From Piromyces finnis finn (lineage: Eukaryota > Fungi > Neocallimastigomycota), in assembly GCA_002104945.1 (NCBI GenBank), contig MCFH01000009.1, positions 744,001-808,000 of the forward strand: 64,000 bases of DNA, written 5' to 3'. Shown in pieces: positions 29,963 through 50,530 of this stretch. Every line of letters begins with the position of its first letter. The stretch's first letter is position 1. Made by a program: the position numbers and the translations under genes. The notes below the pieces were generated by a model. The model searched no databases and was not told the DNA's origin. It was given only the letters and a program-made list of their open reading frames with translations.

Positions 29963-31380
29963 AGTTACTACTTTTTTTCTTTCTTTTGAATATTACACCG
30001 TTATTCATATATAATATTGATGATTTTAATATTCAAATAATATAATATATAATTTTATATAATTATTAGAATCTACATAATACATTACCTTAATTTTCTT
30101 TATATATGTTGTTGAATAATTTCAATAATATTAAATTTTTAATATGTATTAAAATATCATTAATGTATAGTTCTTGATATTTTCTAAAATCTTTTTTTAC
30201 AAATAATAAATATATTAATAATTTATAATATTTATTTAATATATTATTATAATAATGTTCTTACATATTTAAATTCTTTTTTTTATAAATAACTATCAAA
30301 TTAGAATCAATTTTTCTTTTTTTGAATATAAAAAAATTGTTTTTTGTAATTCCTTTTTAAAATTTTTAATAAATAATATATGTAAAAATTATAATTATTA
30401 CAATTACAATTAATGTTTATTTGTAAATAAATTATTTATTGATACTTATTTATTAATAATTAGTATATCTAAGTATGCCAAAAAAATACAGTAACAATTC
30501 AAAATAACACTAATATTAGAAATATGAAAAAATATAAGAAACTTACTGAAAATGATTTTTATTTCAATATTTTAATAAAAATTATTATTACTATGTAGTT
30601 AAGATATAAAAGCTATTATTTAATATTATTTAATAATAATAATATTGAGTATAAAATAATAATTACAACCAATGTAATATAATAATAATACAAAATATGC
30701 TTGAATATCTTATATGCTTGGTTAATCTAACCCTGTTAAATTTAATATCAATCTCGTTCTAAAATAGGTTAGATATTTAGGTTCATAATAAATATATCAT
30801 AATTATAATTAAAAGAAAAACAAATAATAAAATATATATTAAAATATTATGTTACTTTAATGTTTTAAATAAACGAATTTTTCATTTGTACATTTATAAA
30901 AAAATAATATTTATTGTGTATTATGTTTATAAATAAATTTTATTTTTATTTTTTTTTTCTTTTTCATTTTATTTTTTTGATTTTTTAAAAGTATTATCAA
31001 TTACTATCTAAAAATTAATATGCAATGTTGCAAAGTTATTTAAATAAAATATAAAATTTTAAAATATATTTACAATTTAAATTCATGTTTAGAATTGGAA
31101 CAAAATTTTTAGAAAATCATATTTTATTATAATGCTCATAAATTGATGTTTATTTATAAATTTATATTTTAATTAATCAGTATAAAATTTCAAATTGTTT
31201 TTTAACATTTTAATTAATAAAAAAAATCTTAATACTAATCTTATTATTTATTACTATTATTTGTAAATAATACATTTTTAAAATTTTAATAAAAATAATA
31301 ATAAATTAAAATAGTAATTAAAAAAAAAAAAAAAAAAAAAAGGAAGCCCGAAATAAAAAGAAGTTAAATATTTAAATAAA

Positions 31381-36205
<4,825 letters not shown>

Positions 36206-37246
36206 ACTATTTTATTTTCAATTGAAAACAATAATTTTAAATAGTATTATTAATTTGTATAAAATTATTAAAAAGTATAATAGCAATAATTTATTTTATT
36301 ATATTATGTTATTCTATTTATTCATAAAATAAAATAATAATAATAAAAGATAAAATAAATAAAATTTTCAAATTTGTTATTGTTTAAGTTATAAAAATTT
36401 TTAGATTTTAAATAATATAAATTTTTATTGTGTTTCAATATTTCTCGAAATATCAAAACGTTCTAATCGTCCTTTATTTATACTATCTCTAGATTGTATA
36501 AATTATTCAATAACTCATTGATCAATTATAATACCTGAATTATATGTTATATATGTATATTACATTCACGTAAAAGATGTAAAAGTAGGAAATAATTATT
36601 ATTATAACAAAATTATATAAATTTGATATTAAAAAAAAAATACTAATAGAACAATTTGATGAGTCAAATTTTTTTATATTAAAAGTATAAAAAAATTTTT
36701 TTTTTCTTTTTTCTTTTTTTTTTTTTTAATGATTATTTATATAAAATAATAAATGGTAATATATACATTATATATTGACATTATTTATGTATATTAGGTA
36801 GGTAGCCTTTCCTTTCTATTTATATATATATATATTTTTTTTTTCATTTTTATATAATGTCATATATTCATATTTATCAATATAACAATATACTTGATAA
36901 ATATGCATTCTTATTGTGTAAAATTTTATATTTCCATTAGTTTATATCTATTTTTATTTATTTATTTACATATTTATAATATATATTGATCTTCCTCAAA
37001 ATATTATAAATCCATATTTGTTAATAACTAACATTATCAATTATGATTGTCTAACTATTTTATAGAAAATTTAATAAATTGTTTTATTAATAAATATAAA
37101 AAATTAAAGAAAAATTAATAAAATTAATATATTTAATATATTTTAAAAAATAATAATAATAATAAAAAATTAATAACATTCTATAATTTTAATATTTCAA
37201 AATGCATTATGATTATAAACTACAATAAAAATTATTTATTTCTATT

Positions 37247-39679
37247 TTAATAATCATTTTCTTCATCTTTTGTACTAACAAGATGAGCTTCACTATCTCT
37301 TACTTGAAAATTATTCTCATCCAAGTCATTGATATTTATTTGAACATTATCATCGCGCTCACTATCATCTCCTGTTTCTCTAATTGGTGTTATATTGGCT
37401 ATTTTATCTGATTGTTCTGTTATATCAGCATTTTCTTCTTTTTTCTTAAGTACAGTATCGCTATCTAATTTAGTAATTGGTCCTGAAATAGCATTTCCAT
37501 CAATTGGCATATCCTTTGGCCAAGCTGCATCAGCTTCTTTTTTATGGAAACTACGAGTAGTATAAGTTAATGTCATATGCGCAATAGGAACAGTAATACC
37601 ATGAAGAACAATTGATAATAATACAATAAACATAATAGAGTAGTAATACATATTAAATAATTGATTTTCACTTTTAGTAACAGTACCATCATCATTAGTT
37701 ACATGTTCAAATGGTTCTATATGAAGTCTTTGAATAGCTAAAGAAGTATACCACATAGCACCAACACCAACTGGACCGAACCAACCGACATAGATTGTTT
37801 CTTTAAAGAAACGAATTGGGGTGATCCAATTTCTAAAAACTAATACTGCTGGTAAACGTCTAAATACAAAAATTAAAGCTGTAACTAAGAAAAGTCTCCA
37901 TAAAACTAAATAACCACTATTAAAAGCACTCCAGTTAATTGTAGATCCAAAGAAAATAAAAAATGCCCAATTCATTAGCATATCTAAAACTTCTTGAGCG
38001 TGAGTATTTGCTGATTCTGCAGCAAAAAAATCATCCTTTGTAATTATTGATATTATTTATTATAATTTTAGTTACATTGTTTCATATGCATTATAAGAAT
38101 TTCAATTATTTTAACCAAATAAATAATTTACCCATGCTATAACCACACCAGCACAACATACAGCAATATAATTAGAAATAGTGAAGAAATCACAAATGGC
38201 ACCTGTACATAACTATTAATTATATATATGATATTTAAATGAATATAATTAAAATAACATATTCTTTTGTTATATATTGTATTTTAATAAATGAAGGATA
38301 TGAATTATAATAGTCATGTTTATTTCTATTATTAAGTTATCATAATAGCAATAGTTATACATTACAGCTAAACAAACAAGAAAAGCCATGAAACTTGGTT
38401 TATCCATTAATTTCTTTTTTAAACAAAATTTAAAAATATATTTTGAAACAAATCCAATCAAACAACCAACAACAACTGCCAATATTACCGAATAACAGAT
38501 AACTTCACCAAGCCATTGGAAAATATTTTTGAATATTGAACTATCACCTTGAGTATGAAATAAAAACGCTAATAAGAAGAGTGGATATGCGACACCTAAT
38601 TTAATAAATATTTTTTATAGATATTAAAAAATAAATATATTTAATAATGAAATAAAGAAATAATAATAAAAATAATATACTTACCATCATTTCCTGCACT
38701 AAATATTCAAATTTAAGCGGATATATGGATTTAATTAATATTTTTTGAGTTTTTATTCTATATTATAATTATCAATTCTATTAATAAATTAAAGTTACCT
38801 TTCGGCGGATAATACATATCTAATATTAATTGGGATATGTAATGTTGCAAAACGACCACTAACGATAGAATTGGCTAAAACCTAAATATTGTTATATTTA
38901 TTAATATTGATAAAATTTATATTATATGTATTAATTTTCTTAAAGCTTATTTAATACTTTACTGGATCAGTTGGTGTTGTACATGAAGCAAGAATAAAAG
39001 CTGGCCACTATTTATAATATAAATGTTTAAAATAAAAATGTTACACAATAGAATAATAATAAAAAAAATATATTTCCCATTATATCCATACATAATCGAT
39101 TCCAAGACCAAATTTAAATATCAAACCAGTAACAACCCACATATATATTGATACAGGTCCCCATAAAGTAGCTAAACCTTTCCAATGATGTTTAAAGAAA
39201 TTTTTAGGTGTTTGAATAACTGCCATAATAATTTGAATAAGAATAATTGCCTTTTTTGTTTTAAAAAATAAATTTAATATATATTAATATATATTAATAT
39301 TGATACATTAATATATTATATAATAAAAATAAAAATTATCAAAATTATTATACAATATCTTATTAATTATTATAATTTTAAATTTTTATAAGTTATTATT
39401 ATAGTTTTAACAATATATAACATTTTAAAAAATAATTACTTGTGAAATTTCAAAAGTTAAATGATGAATTTCATCAGTCCAAGCCATAGGATTAATCCAT
39501 CCTAGTACTTTTGGTCCAACTAATATTCCAACTAATGTTGCAACTAAAGGTTCAGATAAGAAAAGTCGTTCCTTAACGAAATATGAAATATAACTGAATA
39601 AAATTACAAATGCTGTAAGTAAAAATAGAACTACAGTCACTGAATTCTCTGGGAAATCTATTTTTATGACTGAAGTCAT
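37247..39679 (-). CDS. NHA1: Fungal plasma-membrane Na+(K+)/H+ antiporter (CPA1, Nha1/Sod2 type)
   Basis: YFVKERLFLSEPLVATLVGILVGP; SCTTPTDPVLANSIV; AGNDG; LFVFRRLPAV; GWFGPVGVGA; SIVLHGITVP. Confidence 0.93.
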
Positions 39680-41995
39680 TTTCAATATTTTAACCTTTTA
39701 ACCTTTTGTTTAAAGAAGAAAAAAAAGGCGATATTATAATATTTTTAATATATAGGAATTAATAATTACTATATATCAAAAATGTGATAATTATAAAATA
39801 ATTAATTAAATTCATCATAAAAAAATTGAATTACATACTTATTTTATCCTATAATTATTGTATTGAATGTTTTATTGTTGTAGTTAAATTATAAATTTAT
39901 ATTGAAAAAAGATGGATAATAAATTATTAAATTAAAAATATATTATATTATAAAATAAGAAAGTATATATTTGAATTTTGTAAAGATAATTTTATAATAA
40001 TAAAAGTAGATTTTTAATACTAAAATTACTTTTTTTTTTAGTATTAAAAAAAATAAACAAAAAAGAATAACAAAATATTATGTTATTTTATAATATATTT
40101 TTTTTATCTTTAAAATTTTTTTTTAAAAAAATATTAATATATTTTTATAAATATTCAATTATTTTTAAAATTTTTAAATTTATTTATTAGGAAAGAAGTA
40201 ATGTGGTAGTCAATCTAAATATTAATAATAATTAAAATTTAAAAATGATTTTAAATTTATTATTTATATATTTTATTTATATATATACAACTAAAAACAA
40301 TAATTATTATAATTTATTTTTAGGTTTTAAAAATTTTAAATAAAACATCTTATTATTATAATAATGCATAGTTCAAATAACAAGAAAATAATGATGTTAG
40401 TATGTTTAACTATGAATTTACTAAATATATCTTGTTTTTTTATCTTTATATTAAAAAGGTACATGATTGAGATAATAAAAATCATTCTTATAGAATTATC
40501 TAGTAACAATATAAATAATAAGAAAAGAAAACAAATAGAATACATAAAAAATATAATAAAAATGTAATACTTAAAAATATTATATAATAATATGTTAATA
40601 TAAATTCATTAAAAGGCTATATGAAGCTTAACAAAAATAAACTTAAATATTTTTTAATGTACACATATTAAATATAAAAGACTACTAATTAATGTGGGTT
40701 AATAATATTAATATTCTAAAAAATATTTTCAAAAAATATTCACATAATTATATTCACATAATCAATTTAAATAGTAACACTTATATTAACATTTTAAAAA
40801 GTACTATAATATAAAAATATTTTCAAATTCGTTTCTACTAAAATTGCTGATATATACCCTAACCCTATTCGATAGAAAAGTTTGTATTATCATTTTAATA
40901 TAATGGCATCATAACATAATAGACAATAAATTAAATATATTTAATTAGTTACAATGTCATGTGATAATATATTATATATATTATCTACATAATATTATGT
41001 ATTACATTATATTTTTATATTAAAAAGTATTTAAACCATTTAAAATCTTTTTTTTTTTATTTGTACGATAATAATATATATAACATATATTTAATATAAG
41101 CTTAATTAGAAGAAACATATATATTAATATATTTTTAATATATGGTGTAGTAATAATAACCATTTATTCTATGTAGTTTAATTAAATCAATATATTAGAT
41201 TTTTGTGTCCTTTAACAAAAAAAAATATTTTATAATATTTAATTTTTTATATAAGTAATAAAATTTTATTTGATTAAACAAATATAAATAATATCTCAAA
41301 TATTAATATATCTGTTTAACTATAGGTTTAAATTTTTTTTTTTTTTATAATATAATATTTTCATCAAATTTCCAAAAAAAAAAAGAGAAAGGATTATATC
41401 TTTTTAAAAAAGATAAAAGAAATTAAAAAGAGAAATATTTTTAAAAGTGAATAAAATAAATAAATTAATAAAATAAAACAAAACAATATTTATTTCATAG
41501 TGAAATAAAAACAATAATCTTTTATTAGAATATTTTTAATCAAAATATATTAAAGCATTAATATCACTAAATTTTAAATTATTTATTTTGAGTAAAAAGT
41601 AACAAAATCAAATATTTTTAAATTTATCAATATTTTAAAATAAATCTTAAATTATTTATTTTTCATTATTTTCAAAGTATAATTTTTCATGTAAATATTT
41701 ATTTTTAATTATTATTTTTATTTTACCTTATTTTAATATTTTTATATTTCTTTGCTACTTTTATTTATTTATTTAAATATATATATTTTAATTTAATAAG
41801 GGAATTTTGATATAAGTTTAATAAAATATGTTTTTATTTAAAAATCAAAAATTTTAAAAATTTTAAAAAAATTAGTAATAGATCATAATATATTTAAAGA
41901 TTATTTTCAATAAATAATAATTAAAATTATTAATATATATTTTTTCTTTTTTTATAATATATTATGATAAAATCAATTTTTATTTTAGAATAAAA

Positions 41996-44900
41996 ATGTC
42001 ATCATACTCATCATCTGACGAAGAAGATAATTTAGAATGTCCATTATGTATGGAGGAAATTGATATAGCAGATAAATATTTTAAACCATGTGTCTGTGGT
42101 TATCAAGTAAGTCATTTCTTAAAAATAGTAAAGTTTTATTAAATTGAAGTAAATTGGTATTAATATTTGGTTTTTAGATTTGCCGCTTTTGTTGGCATCA
42201 TATTAAAGAGGATTTAAATGGTTTATGTCCGGGTTGTAGAAGGGAATACACTGAGGAAATGGTTCAATTCAAACCATTGTCATCTGAAAAGTAAGTTATT
42301 ACTATTCATTAAATATAATTGAATTATAATAATTAATATATAAAATTTTTAATAGGTTGGCACAATTAAAAGCTAAAAGAAAGGCAAAGAAACGTGAAAA
42401 GAAGGAACAAGAAAATGTAACTAAAAAACATTATGCAAATGTTAGGGTTATTCAAAAGAATTTGGTATATGTTATAGGTTTACCATCTTATATAGCTAAT
42501 GAAGAGGTAATATTATTTTATTATTGAATGAATAAAGAGAAATTACAAATTAATATATCATTATTATATCTTATAAATAGACAATTAAGCAGTATGATTA
42601 TTTTGGTCAGTATGGTAAAATTACAAAGGTAGTGATTAACAAGAAAACTCATTCACCTCATCAATCGTCTGTGGGAATATATATTACATATTCAAAGAAG
42701 GAAGAAGCAGAAAGGGCTATAGAATCAGTAGATAATATTATATTTGATGGTCGACAAGTGAAGTATGTATATTATGATAAGTATTTTTATATTATATAGT
42801 ATAATTAATGATTTTCATACAACACTAGGGCATCTTATGGTACAACAAAGTATTGTACATTTTATTTAAGAGGACAAGTATGTCAAAACCCTCAATGTAT
42901 GTATTTACATGAGCCAGGAGAAGAAATAGAGTCAAAGGAAGACCTAATAAAGTAAGTATATATATTATAAATGTTATAAATAATGAAGAATGATAAATAA
43001 TAATATAATGTATGTTTTTTTTATATTTCTTGATATTTTTAAATGCTTGAATCAAAAGCAAAACGCAGTCAATTCTTCAATCACCTACAACACCCCATGT
43101 TAAAGAAATTAAAACATCAACTCAACCTAAGCCTGTAAGTATTGACATTCATATGTAAAGAGAAAAACTTTAAACAATATTATTAATGTTATAAAATATA
43201 CTATGTGTAGATTAAAACAACTATTTATCGAGAAAAAGATGAAACTTCGGCATTACCAGCATCGGCAAATTGGTAAATTTAATTATAAATATGATTATTT
43301 ATAGTAAATATTTTGTATTCTTTCTAAAAAATATATATTTAATATATATATAAATAAATGAAATTAGGGGTAGTCGAAATAATAAACCCAAAATCGAAGA
43401 TGGGGAAAAGAAGGCAATATCAATAAGTTTATCTGATTTAATATCAAAGTCAAATGAGAATTCTAAGATACATAATGTTAATCTTTTAAGATCAAAATCA
43501 GATTCTCAGTCATCATTGAAAACAAAAACTGAAAATAAGACAAAAACAATTTCTTCAAGTAAAAGCCATAGTTTAATAAGTACTACTGTTAATTTAGCAT
43601 TAGATAAAAATGAATTTAATGAAGACCATCCAGAAAAAATAATTGAATCTAGTAATGTACGTGATGAAGAATATCCTGCTTTGTCAACATTATTAAATAA
43701 GAAAAATTCTCATTCAAAGGAAGGTCAATCTCAGTCATTGATAATGTCTCCACAATCAACAAATAGTAATTTAAATACATCTATTTCTTCAATCAATAGT
43801 AAAGAAACAATACATAAAGAAGAGAGTGAAAGTATTTTTAAAAGCAATGATGATAGTATTTACAGCAATGATAGTAGTACAGAAGTAGATAAATCAGATG
43901 AAGAAAACCCAGAAGAAATAGAAAATATTTCAAAAACCGAATCTTTAATTCCTGAAAAGGAGGAGGTAAATGTAAGCGTGGCTGAAGAGACTTTGAAAAA
44001 CCCAATACTTGATGAAATATCTAAGGCTTATACAATGGATCATTTGTCATCCTCTGTTTCAAATGTATCATCTCCTCAATATAACCCTATTACAACATCT
44101 TCTTCATTTAGCATCTTCTCCGAAATTAGTAAAACTCCAAACCAGAATTCTAAAGAAGGCAAAACCAAAACTACAAATTCTCCTCCACCAGGTTTTGAAA
44201 ATAAAACAGAAGCTAGAACATCAAATATTTCAAATACAAATGCTTATGTAACAGACAATTTAAACAATTCTCTTTCTAAATTGAAAATACTAGATGATGA
44301 AATTATTCAAGATCAAAGCAATAGTAATTTCAATAAATTTAAATATAATGGTCCATTTGATCCATTTAATGATATTGCATTAAATAATTTGATGAATGTT
44401 AATTCAATTATGAATAGTTACACAAAACATTATCCACAAGGTTTTAGCAGTTTTAATAATATATATAATAATCCAATTAATAATTTGAATCAAATGAATC
44501 CGTTAATAAGTGAAACTAATATCAACCAATTTCAAAATCATCTTAGTCAAAAATACCTTGAACAATACTATCAAAATTTAAATCGTGAACAAATTCAAAA
44601 TAATTTAAGAGCAATGTTACCAAATATAAATATATCACCATTCTCAAATAACACTGATTTGAATTCATGGTCCCAACCATCCCAAAACAGTTTTAGTGAT
44701 AATTTATTTAATAGTTATAATTCATTAGCTGCAACTATTAATGGAAATAATATGTTTTGTAATAATTTCAATAATAATATGAATATGAACTTTTTAAAAC
44801 AATTGCAAATTAATCAAATGTTAAGTAATATGCAAAAAGCTCAACAACAACAACAACAGCAGCAAATAGATAATAATCTATCTAATAATAATCTCAATTT

Positions 44901-47900
44901 AAATAATACTAATCAAGATTTTAAATCATTACCATTTAAAGATTCAGCTATTATGGCAGTTAAAATGAGCAATACTACTACTACTACTAATAATAATAAT
45001 AATATTGATAGTTCAAATCAAATAAATATGAATTCAATGAATCTTTTCCAAAATTTGAATATGAAAGCAAATGATATGGCGAATCAACTAAATCCAGTTA
45101 GTCCAATTAATTCTTATGCAAACTTAAATCAATTAAATCAAATGAGTAATTTAAATGGAATGACACAATTAAATAATATGAATCCAATAAATAGTATTAA
45201 TAACTTACAAAATCTTAATCAAATGAATAATAATTTTAATAATATTTCTGTAATGAATATGACTTCAAACTCATTGTCCTCTCCAATTATTCCAAGCTCT
45301 AGTTCAATAAATTCTATGCATATTAAAGACTTGAATGAATTAGATAAGGAAGGACTTGGAGGATTAACATCTTCTGTTAATCCACTTTATGATAATGATA
45401 AAATGAATTTTTTTCAGAAATTTAATGGATTGAGTACACAGGGTAATTAATTTTATGATTATATTTATATCATTAATATTGCTATTTTTAGTTTTAGTAT
45501 TATAATTAAGATCTTTATTTATATAGTTTAAACATCGTGTAGTATTTACATTAAATAATATCAAGATTGTTTAATTAGAAGATTATAAAGTTTTATTTTT
45601 TATAATTATTAATTATTGAAATATAATGATTCAACAATAATAAATTTACCAAACGATTAACAATGTTATTTATTATTTTTTTTAATAATTATAAAAATTC
45701 AATATATAAAAAGGAATTAAAAATTAAGAATAATTAAATTTAATAAATTAATTACAGCATGATTGATTAAAATATCGGATAAAATTTATTTATTTATTTT
45801 TAAAATGAAATGATAAGTAAAATTATACCCATTATATTCATCAGATAGAAAAAAAGAGAAAACGTAGTATATTGTTAATTGTTATTTTTGTTTTTTCTTT
45901 ATTTTAATATTTTTATAAATAAATATAATTAATATATTATTAAATATTTATATAATAATTTGTATTTAATAGAGCTGGAAAACAATAATATCAATTCATT
46001 ATCGGATTTTTGGAAAAGCAAAATACAGGACACAGGAGGTGGAAATGAAAATAGTAATGAGTATGATTTATTAAGCAATAGTATATTAGAACAACGATTT
46101 AATGAAGCAGAGCAAAAAAGTATAGGTTTTCTAAATAATTCTAAAGGCAAATAAAAATATTTTAACAAGTTATTCTAGTAAAATAATAATATTTTGAATG
46201 TTAATAATAATATTTAATAATATTTATATTTTAATATATTATTTAATAGATAATATTGATGAATCTGTAAATCCTAATAAAAGCAAAACTATTTATCCAG
46301 AAAAAAGCATTTCAGCCATTGAATTAGAAGAAGCAAAAGAAAAAGGAGATAATGAACAAAAATCGCAGGAAAAATTAAGCGCTAAGCCTTCTAAAAATGA
46401 AATATTGGATTTACTAACTAAAAAGTCACCACTTGAGCAAAAAAAGTCAAATGAAGATAATAACAAAGAAACTTCAAAGTCTTTAAAAGCAAATTTGGAT
46501 TTAAATAATATTAAGATTATTAATAATAAAACAATATCTATTATTAATACAAGTGGTAAAAATAAAAATTCAAGTAAAATAGATACCATACAAGAAAAAG
46601 AAAATATAAGTAATAATATAAATAATATAGTTTCAAAATCTAAAAAGAAGGAGAAAAAGGAAAATCAAAAATCTGAAATAAAGAAAGATGTTCTAAATAA
46701 TGTGAAAAGAAAAGAGCAAAATGAACAAAAGTCGGAGCCACTTATTATAAAGTTTGAACCAAAGAAACCAAAAAAAGAAAATGAAATAAATCATAGTTTA
46801 AAGAATAAGGAAGTATCAAATATTTTAAAGAATGATGAAAGTAAATTAAAAGAAAATGAACCAATGAAATTAGTTGTATCAAGAAAATCAAAAAAGGAAG
46901 AAAAATTGAATTTAAAAAATGAAGTCAAACAAAACAATATAATAAAAGATGAAAGAAAGAAGGAATCAATTATGCAATCAAATATTTTTGATATTTTACC
47001 AGAAGATACACCACAAGAAGTTACATCTAAAGTTGAAGATAAGGTAAATAGTATTATTGAGAATGAAATGAAAGAACCGGTAAGTGAGGAAAGTACTTTT
47101 AAAAAGCAAGAATCTTTAAATATAATATCATCCACTAGTAATACAACAAAGAAAAGTAAGAAAAAATCAAAACATAAGAAGAAAAAGACTTCTGAAAAGC
47201 CAAAGGATAATTTTGAAGAAAGTATTGATTTAATTAATAAAGAATTGGATTTACAAGAACAGTCGAATAAAATTTCAAAAGAATTAATAAGTAATAAAAA
47301 AGAAGGTGAAAGTACTGGTCAATCAAAAAAAAAGAAAAAATCAAAGAAAAAGAATGATGATATAAAGAAAAAGAATGATGAGGAAAAAAATGATGATATA
47401 GAATTACATATACTAAAAGTGAAAAACGGTGAGACACAACTTATGAAGGAAACGCAACTTTATCGATTACCATTAACTGCTATTGCAAAGAAACTTATAC
47501 CAGAAGATTCCGGAACAACATTAGGTTTAAAACCAATCTTCCCACCAGATATTGAAATTGAAGCTTTATGTAATGTTATTGTCAAAAGGAGTAAGAAAAA
47601 GAAGAGGGATAATATAGATCTTCCATACTTCAAATCAAAAATAGGTCAATTAAATTCAAACTCGGAGGATGATAAAATAGACCTTGATTATATTGATGAT
47701 GTTGAAGAAAATATTATACTTGAGGGAAATGAAGAACATACAAAATTAATGAAACAAAAACAAATGGAGATATTAAAAAATCATAAAATGGAAGTTAATA
47801 TGATTACATCTTTAAAACAAATTAAAAGAAGAAACTTAAATAATATTACTAACGGGGTTAATAACAAAAGTAACAATACAATTAGCATTAATAATAAAAA

Positions 47901-49347
47901 CAATGTTATTAATGAAATAGAAATAATAACTGATGATCATTCAGAAGGTGATAATATAATTGAACATTTAACAGATGAGTTTTTAGATGAAGAAGATATT
48001 CAAGAAATTAAAGAAGGATTAGGCTTAGAACCAGATGATATAATTGAGTTGAAAATGACTAATAACATCTTGGAACATCAGGAATTTGTGGATAGATTAA
48101 ATGAAAAAATGATTGATACACAAAAGACAGAAGAATCTAATTCTGAAAATCAATTTTTTGTTTTACAAGCTTTAGATGCTTTGATAAATACAGCAGAGGT
48201 ATATGCAAGTGCCTTGAGGAAACAAATTGAAGAATATGAAAATAAAGATGAGAATGAAGAAGAAAATGAAAGTGATACTGATTCAATAAATTATAATAGA
48301 AAGGTAAAAATATATGAAGCTGTATTGGAAAGTATTAAGGATATAAGAGAAATGGGTCTTTCTGACTATAAAACAATAGAGAAATTATATTTATCTGATC
48401 CGAAAGGGGAGGAAAATTACGAGGACAATATAAATAACTTATTGATTAGTGTGAAATATATAATGCAAGAGTTGGTATTAAATGTTGATGAACCTGACAT
48501 TCTTCCACAAGTTTTGTCATTAAATAAAAATACCAATATATTGTTGTCTAAAATGAAGGGTGATAAATTTAAAGATACTGTTTTGAAACATTATAAAAAG
48601 CTTTTTAAAGAAAAATATGGTAATATAGATTCTTCATATATTCATAATCATGTTTTAACATCTCCTAATGTAAATGTTAAAAAATCCTTAATATGTCCTC
48701 CTACCATTGAAACTAATCATAAAAATAAACATGAAGCAATTCTACCACCATTACCATCACCTCCAAAGAATTCTGTTCCAATTATTGCTAAAACAAATAA
48801 TGGAATCACAACATCTACTTTTGATAAAATCCCTGAAATTATTGAACCTGAAAATTTAAAGAAAGTTAATAAAAATATACAAAGATTTTTAAAAGATTAT
48901 AAAATGGATGAATCAAAAAAGATTATTAAAATAAAAAAGGCGACCAATGAGAAACCATCCTCTTCCAATATTGAGCTTAAAATTGAATATGAAAATGAAG
49001 AAGTTAAAAATAGGGTTGAAAAAATTTCAAAGACTGAAAGTGAATTATATAACTCAACAGAAGATATATTATTAGAGCTTATATTAAAATCTCAAGAAAA
49101 TCAAGAGTTAAAAACAAAACTAATATCAAATTGCTTAAATTTTGATGTAAATTTAGCAAAAAAATTGGCAAATTCTATAAAAATAAAAGAAAAGGAAAAA
49201 GAAAAGAATGCTATGAAAGCTAAAACATATAAGGATAATAGTAAATCAACTGAAACAGGATTAGAAGCTGAATTAAAAGATGAATTTCTAAAGACTGTTA
49301 AAAAAGAGAATGCTCAAAGAAAAGCAAATGAGAATGTTGTTGAGTAA
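41996..49347 (+). CDS. NOT4: Not4/CNOT4 E3 ligase (RING, RRM, CCCH) with very long low-complexity C-terminus; end at 49347 assumes splicing across 45443-45972 and about 46147-46249, otherwise it stops at 45450
   Basis: CPLCMEEIDIADKYFKPCVCGYQ|ICRFCWHHI..CPGCRR; VRVIQKNLVYVIGL; YFGQYGKI; ASYGTTKYC..CQNPQCMYLHEPG. Downstream exons are phase-compatible (all phase 1). Identity confidence is high; the 3' extent is moderate. Confidence 0.85.
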
Positions 49348-49625
49348 AAAAAGTTAAAAATTATTGAACAAAATAAATAACTGTTAATAGGATAATTTTT
49401 ATTGATATATTTTCATTTTTAATATAATATAAAATTTTAAAAAATAATCAAAATTATAAATATTATTCGATATATTAATCATCATTTAATAATATTATCT
49501 AAAAATTTAATTATTGATTTTTTTTTTTTTTTTTCATTTTTGTAACATAATTATTAATAATAAAATCTTTATAAAAGAAGCATATAAAAAATAAATATAT
49601 ATTTAATCAATAATTAATAATATTA

Positions 49626-49942
<317 letters not shown>

Positions 49943-50159
49943 TATTAAGAGTTGTTTAATTTAGGTTTATAATTATGTCAACTTTATTAATATATTTTAT
50001 GATAAAGAACTACTTGCGTTACATTCTTCTCAAACTACATGTATTTATACATTTACATTGTGGCTTAAACATATAATTAAATACAATATATACAAATACG
50101 TTTTAATACATTTCAATACATTTGAATACATGTGACATAACGTTTCACATATTCTAACA
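49943..50159 (-). repeat. 3' LTR (217 bp; TGTTAG...CTTAATA on minus strand)
   Basis: Identical to 54615-54831 except gcgttAcattc/gcgttAaattc (C vs A). Confidence 0.95.
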
Positions 50160-50167
50160 TTCCCCCT
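50160..50167 (-). other. 3' polypurine tract
   Basis: Minus-strand AGGGGGAA directly followed by the TGTTAG LTR start. In one frame it reads KLGLRGNVR, like copia pol ends. Confidence 0.85.
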
Positions 50168-50530
50168 CAAACCTAATTTTCTACTAAGTAAAATTTGGTT
50201 TGCTGGTGAATATGTGCATTTTATTATTTCTAAACTATTAACTATAAACTAAATCTAATGTTTAAAATTTTTATATTTCATTAACTGGAATTTAAAATAT
50301 TTCACATATATTATTCACTAATTGCTTTAAAGAATTTAAATATTACCCTATAACTTCGTTTTTATGGATAAACTGAAAACCTTTGTATAATTGGGTAGTA
50401 TTAAAGTTTAAAATTTGGATTGGATATTCATAAATTGTTATACCATCCATTAAGGATTGAAAACCCTTCCGGTTTTACATTATCCTATAAACTATATTGG
50501 TAATCTCTCTGAGATTTACACAGAATTATA

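Noticed and set aside
30090-30590. Possible small minus-strand gene (open stretches ending in GT donors, e.g. KKDFRKYQELYINDIL)
   Set aside because: No consistent start or spliced frame and no recognisable domain; needs RNA-seq.
40336-40567. Overlapping short ORFs in the NHA1-NOT4 intergenic region
   Set aside because: Low-complexity AT-derived sequence, no splice context or motifs.
40857-40867. CCCTAACCCTA telomere-like repeat
   Set aside because: Fewer than two full units; expected by chance.
46293-47437. Minus-strand ORFs of 67-114 aa
   Set aside because: Antisense shadows of the K/E-rich long exon; no motifs.
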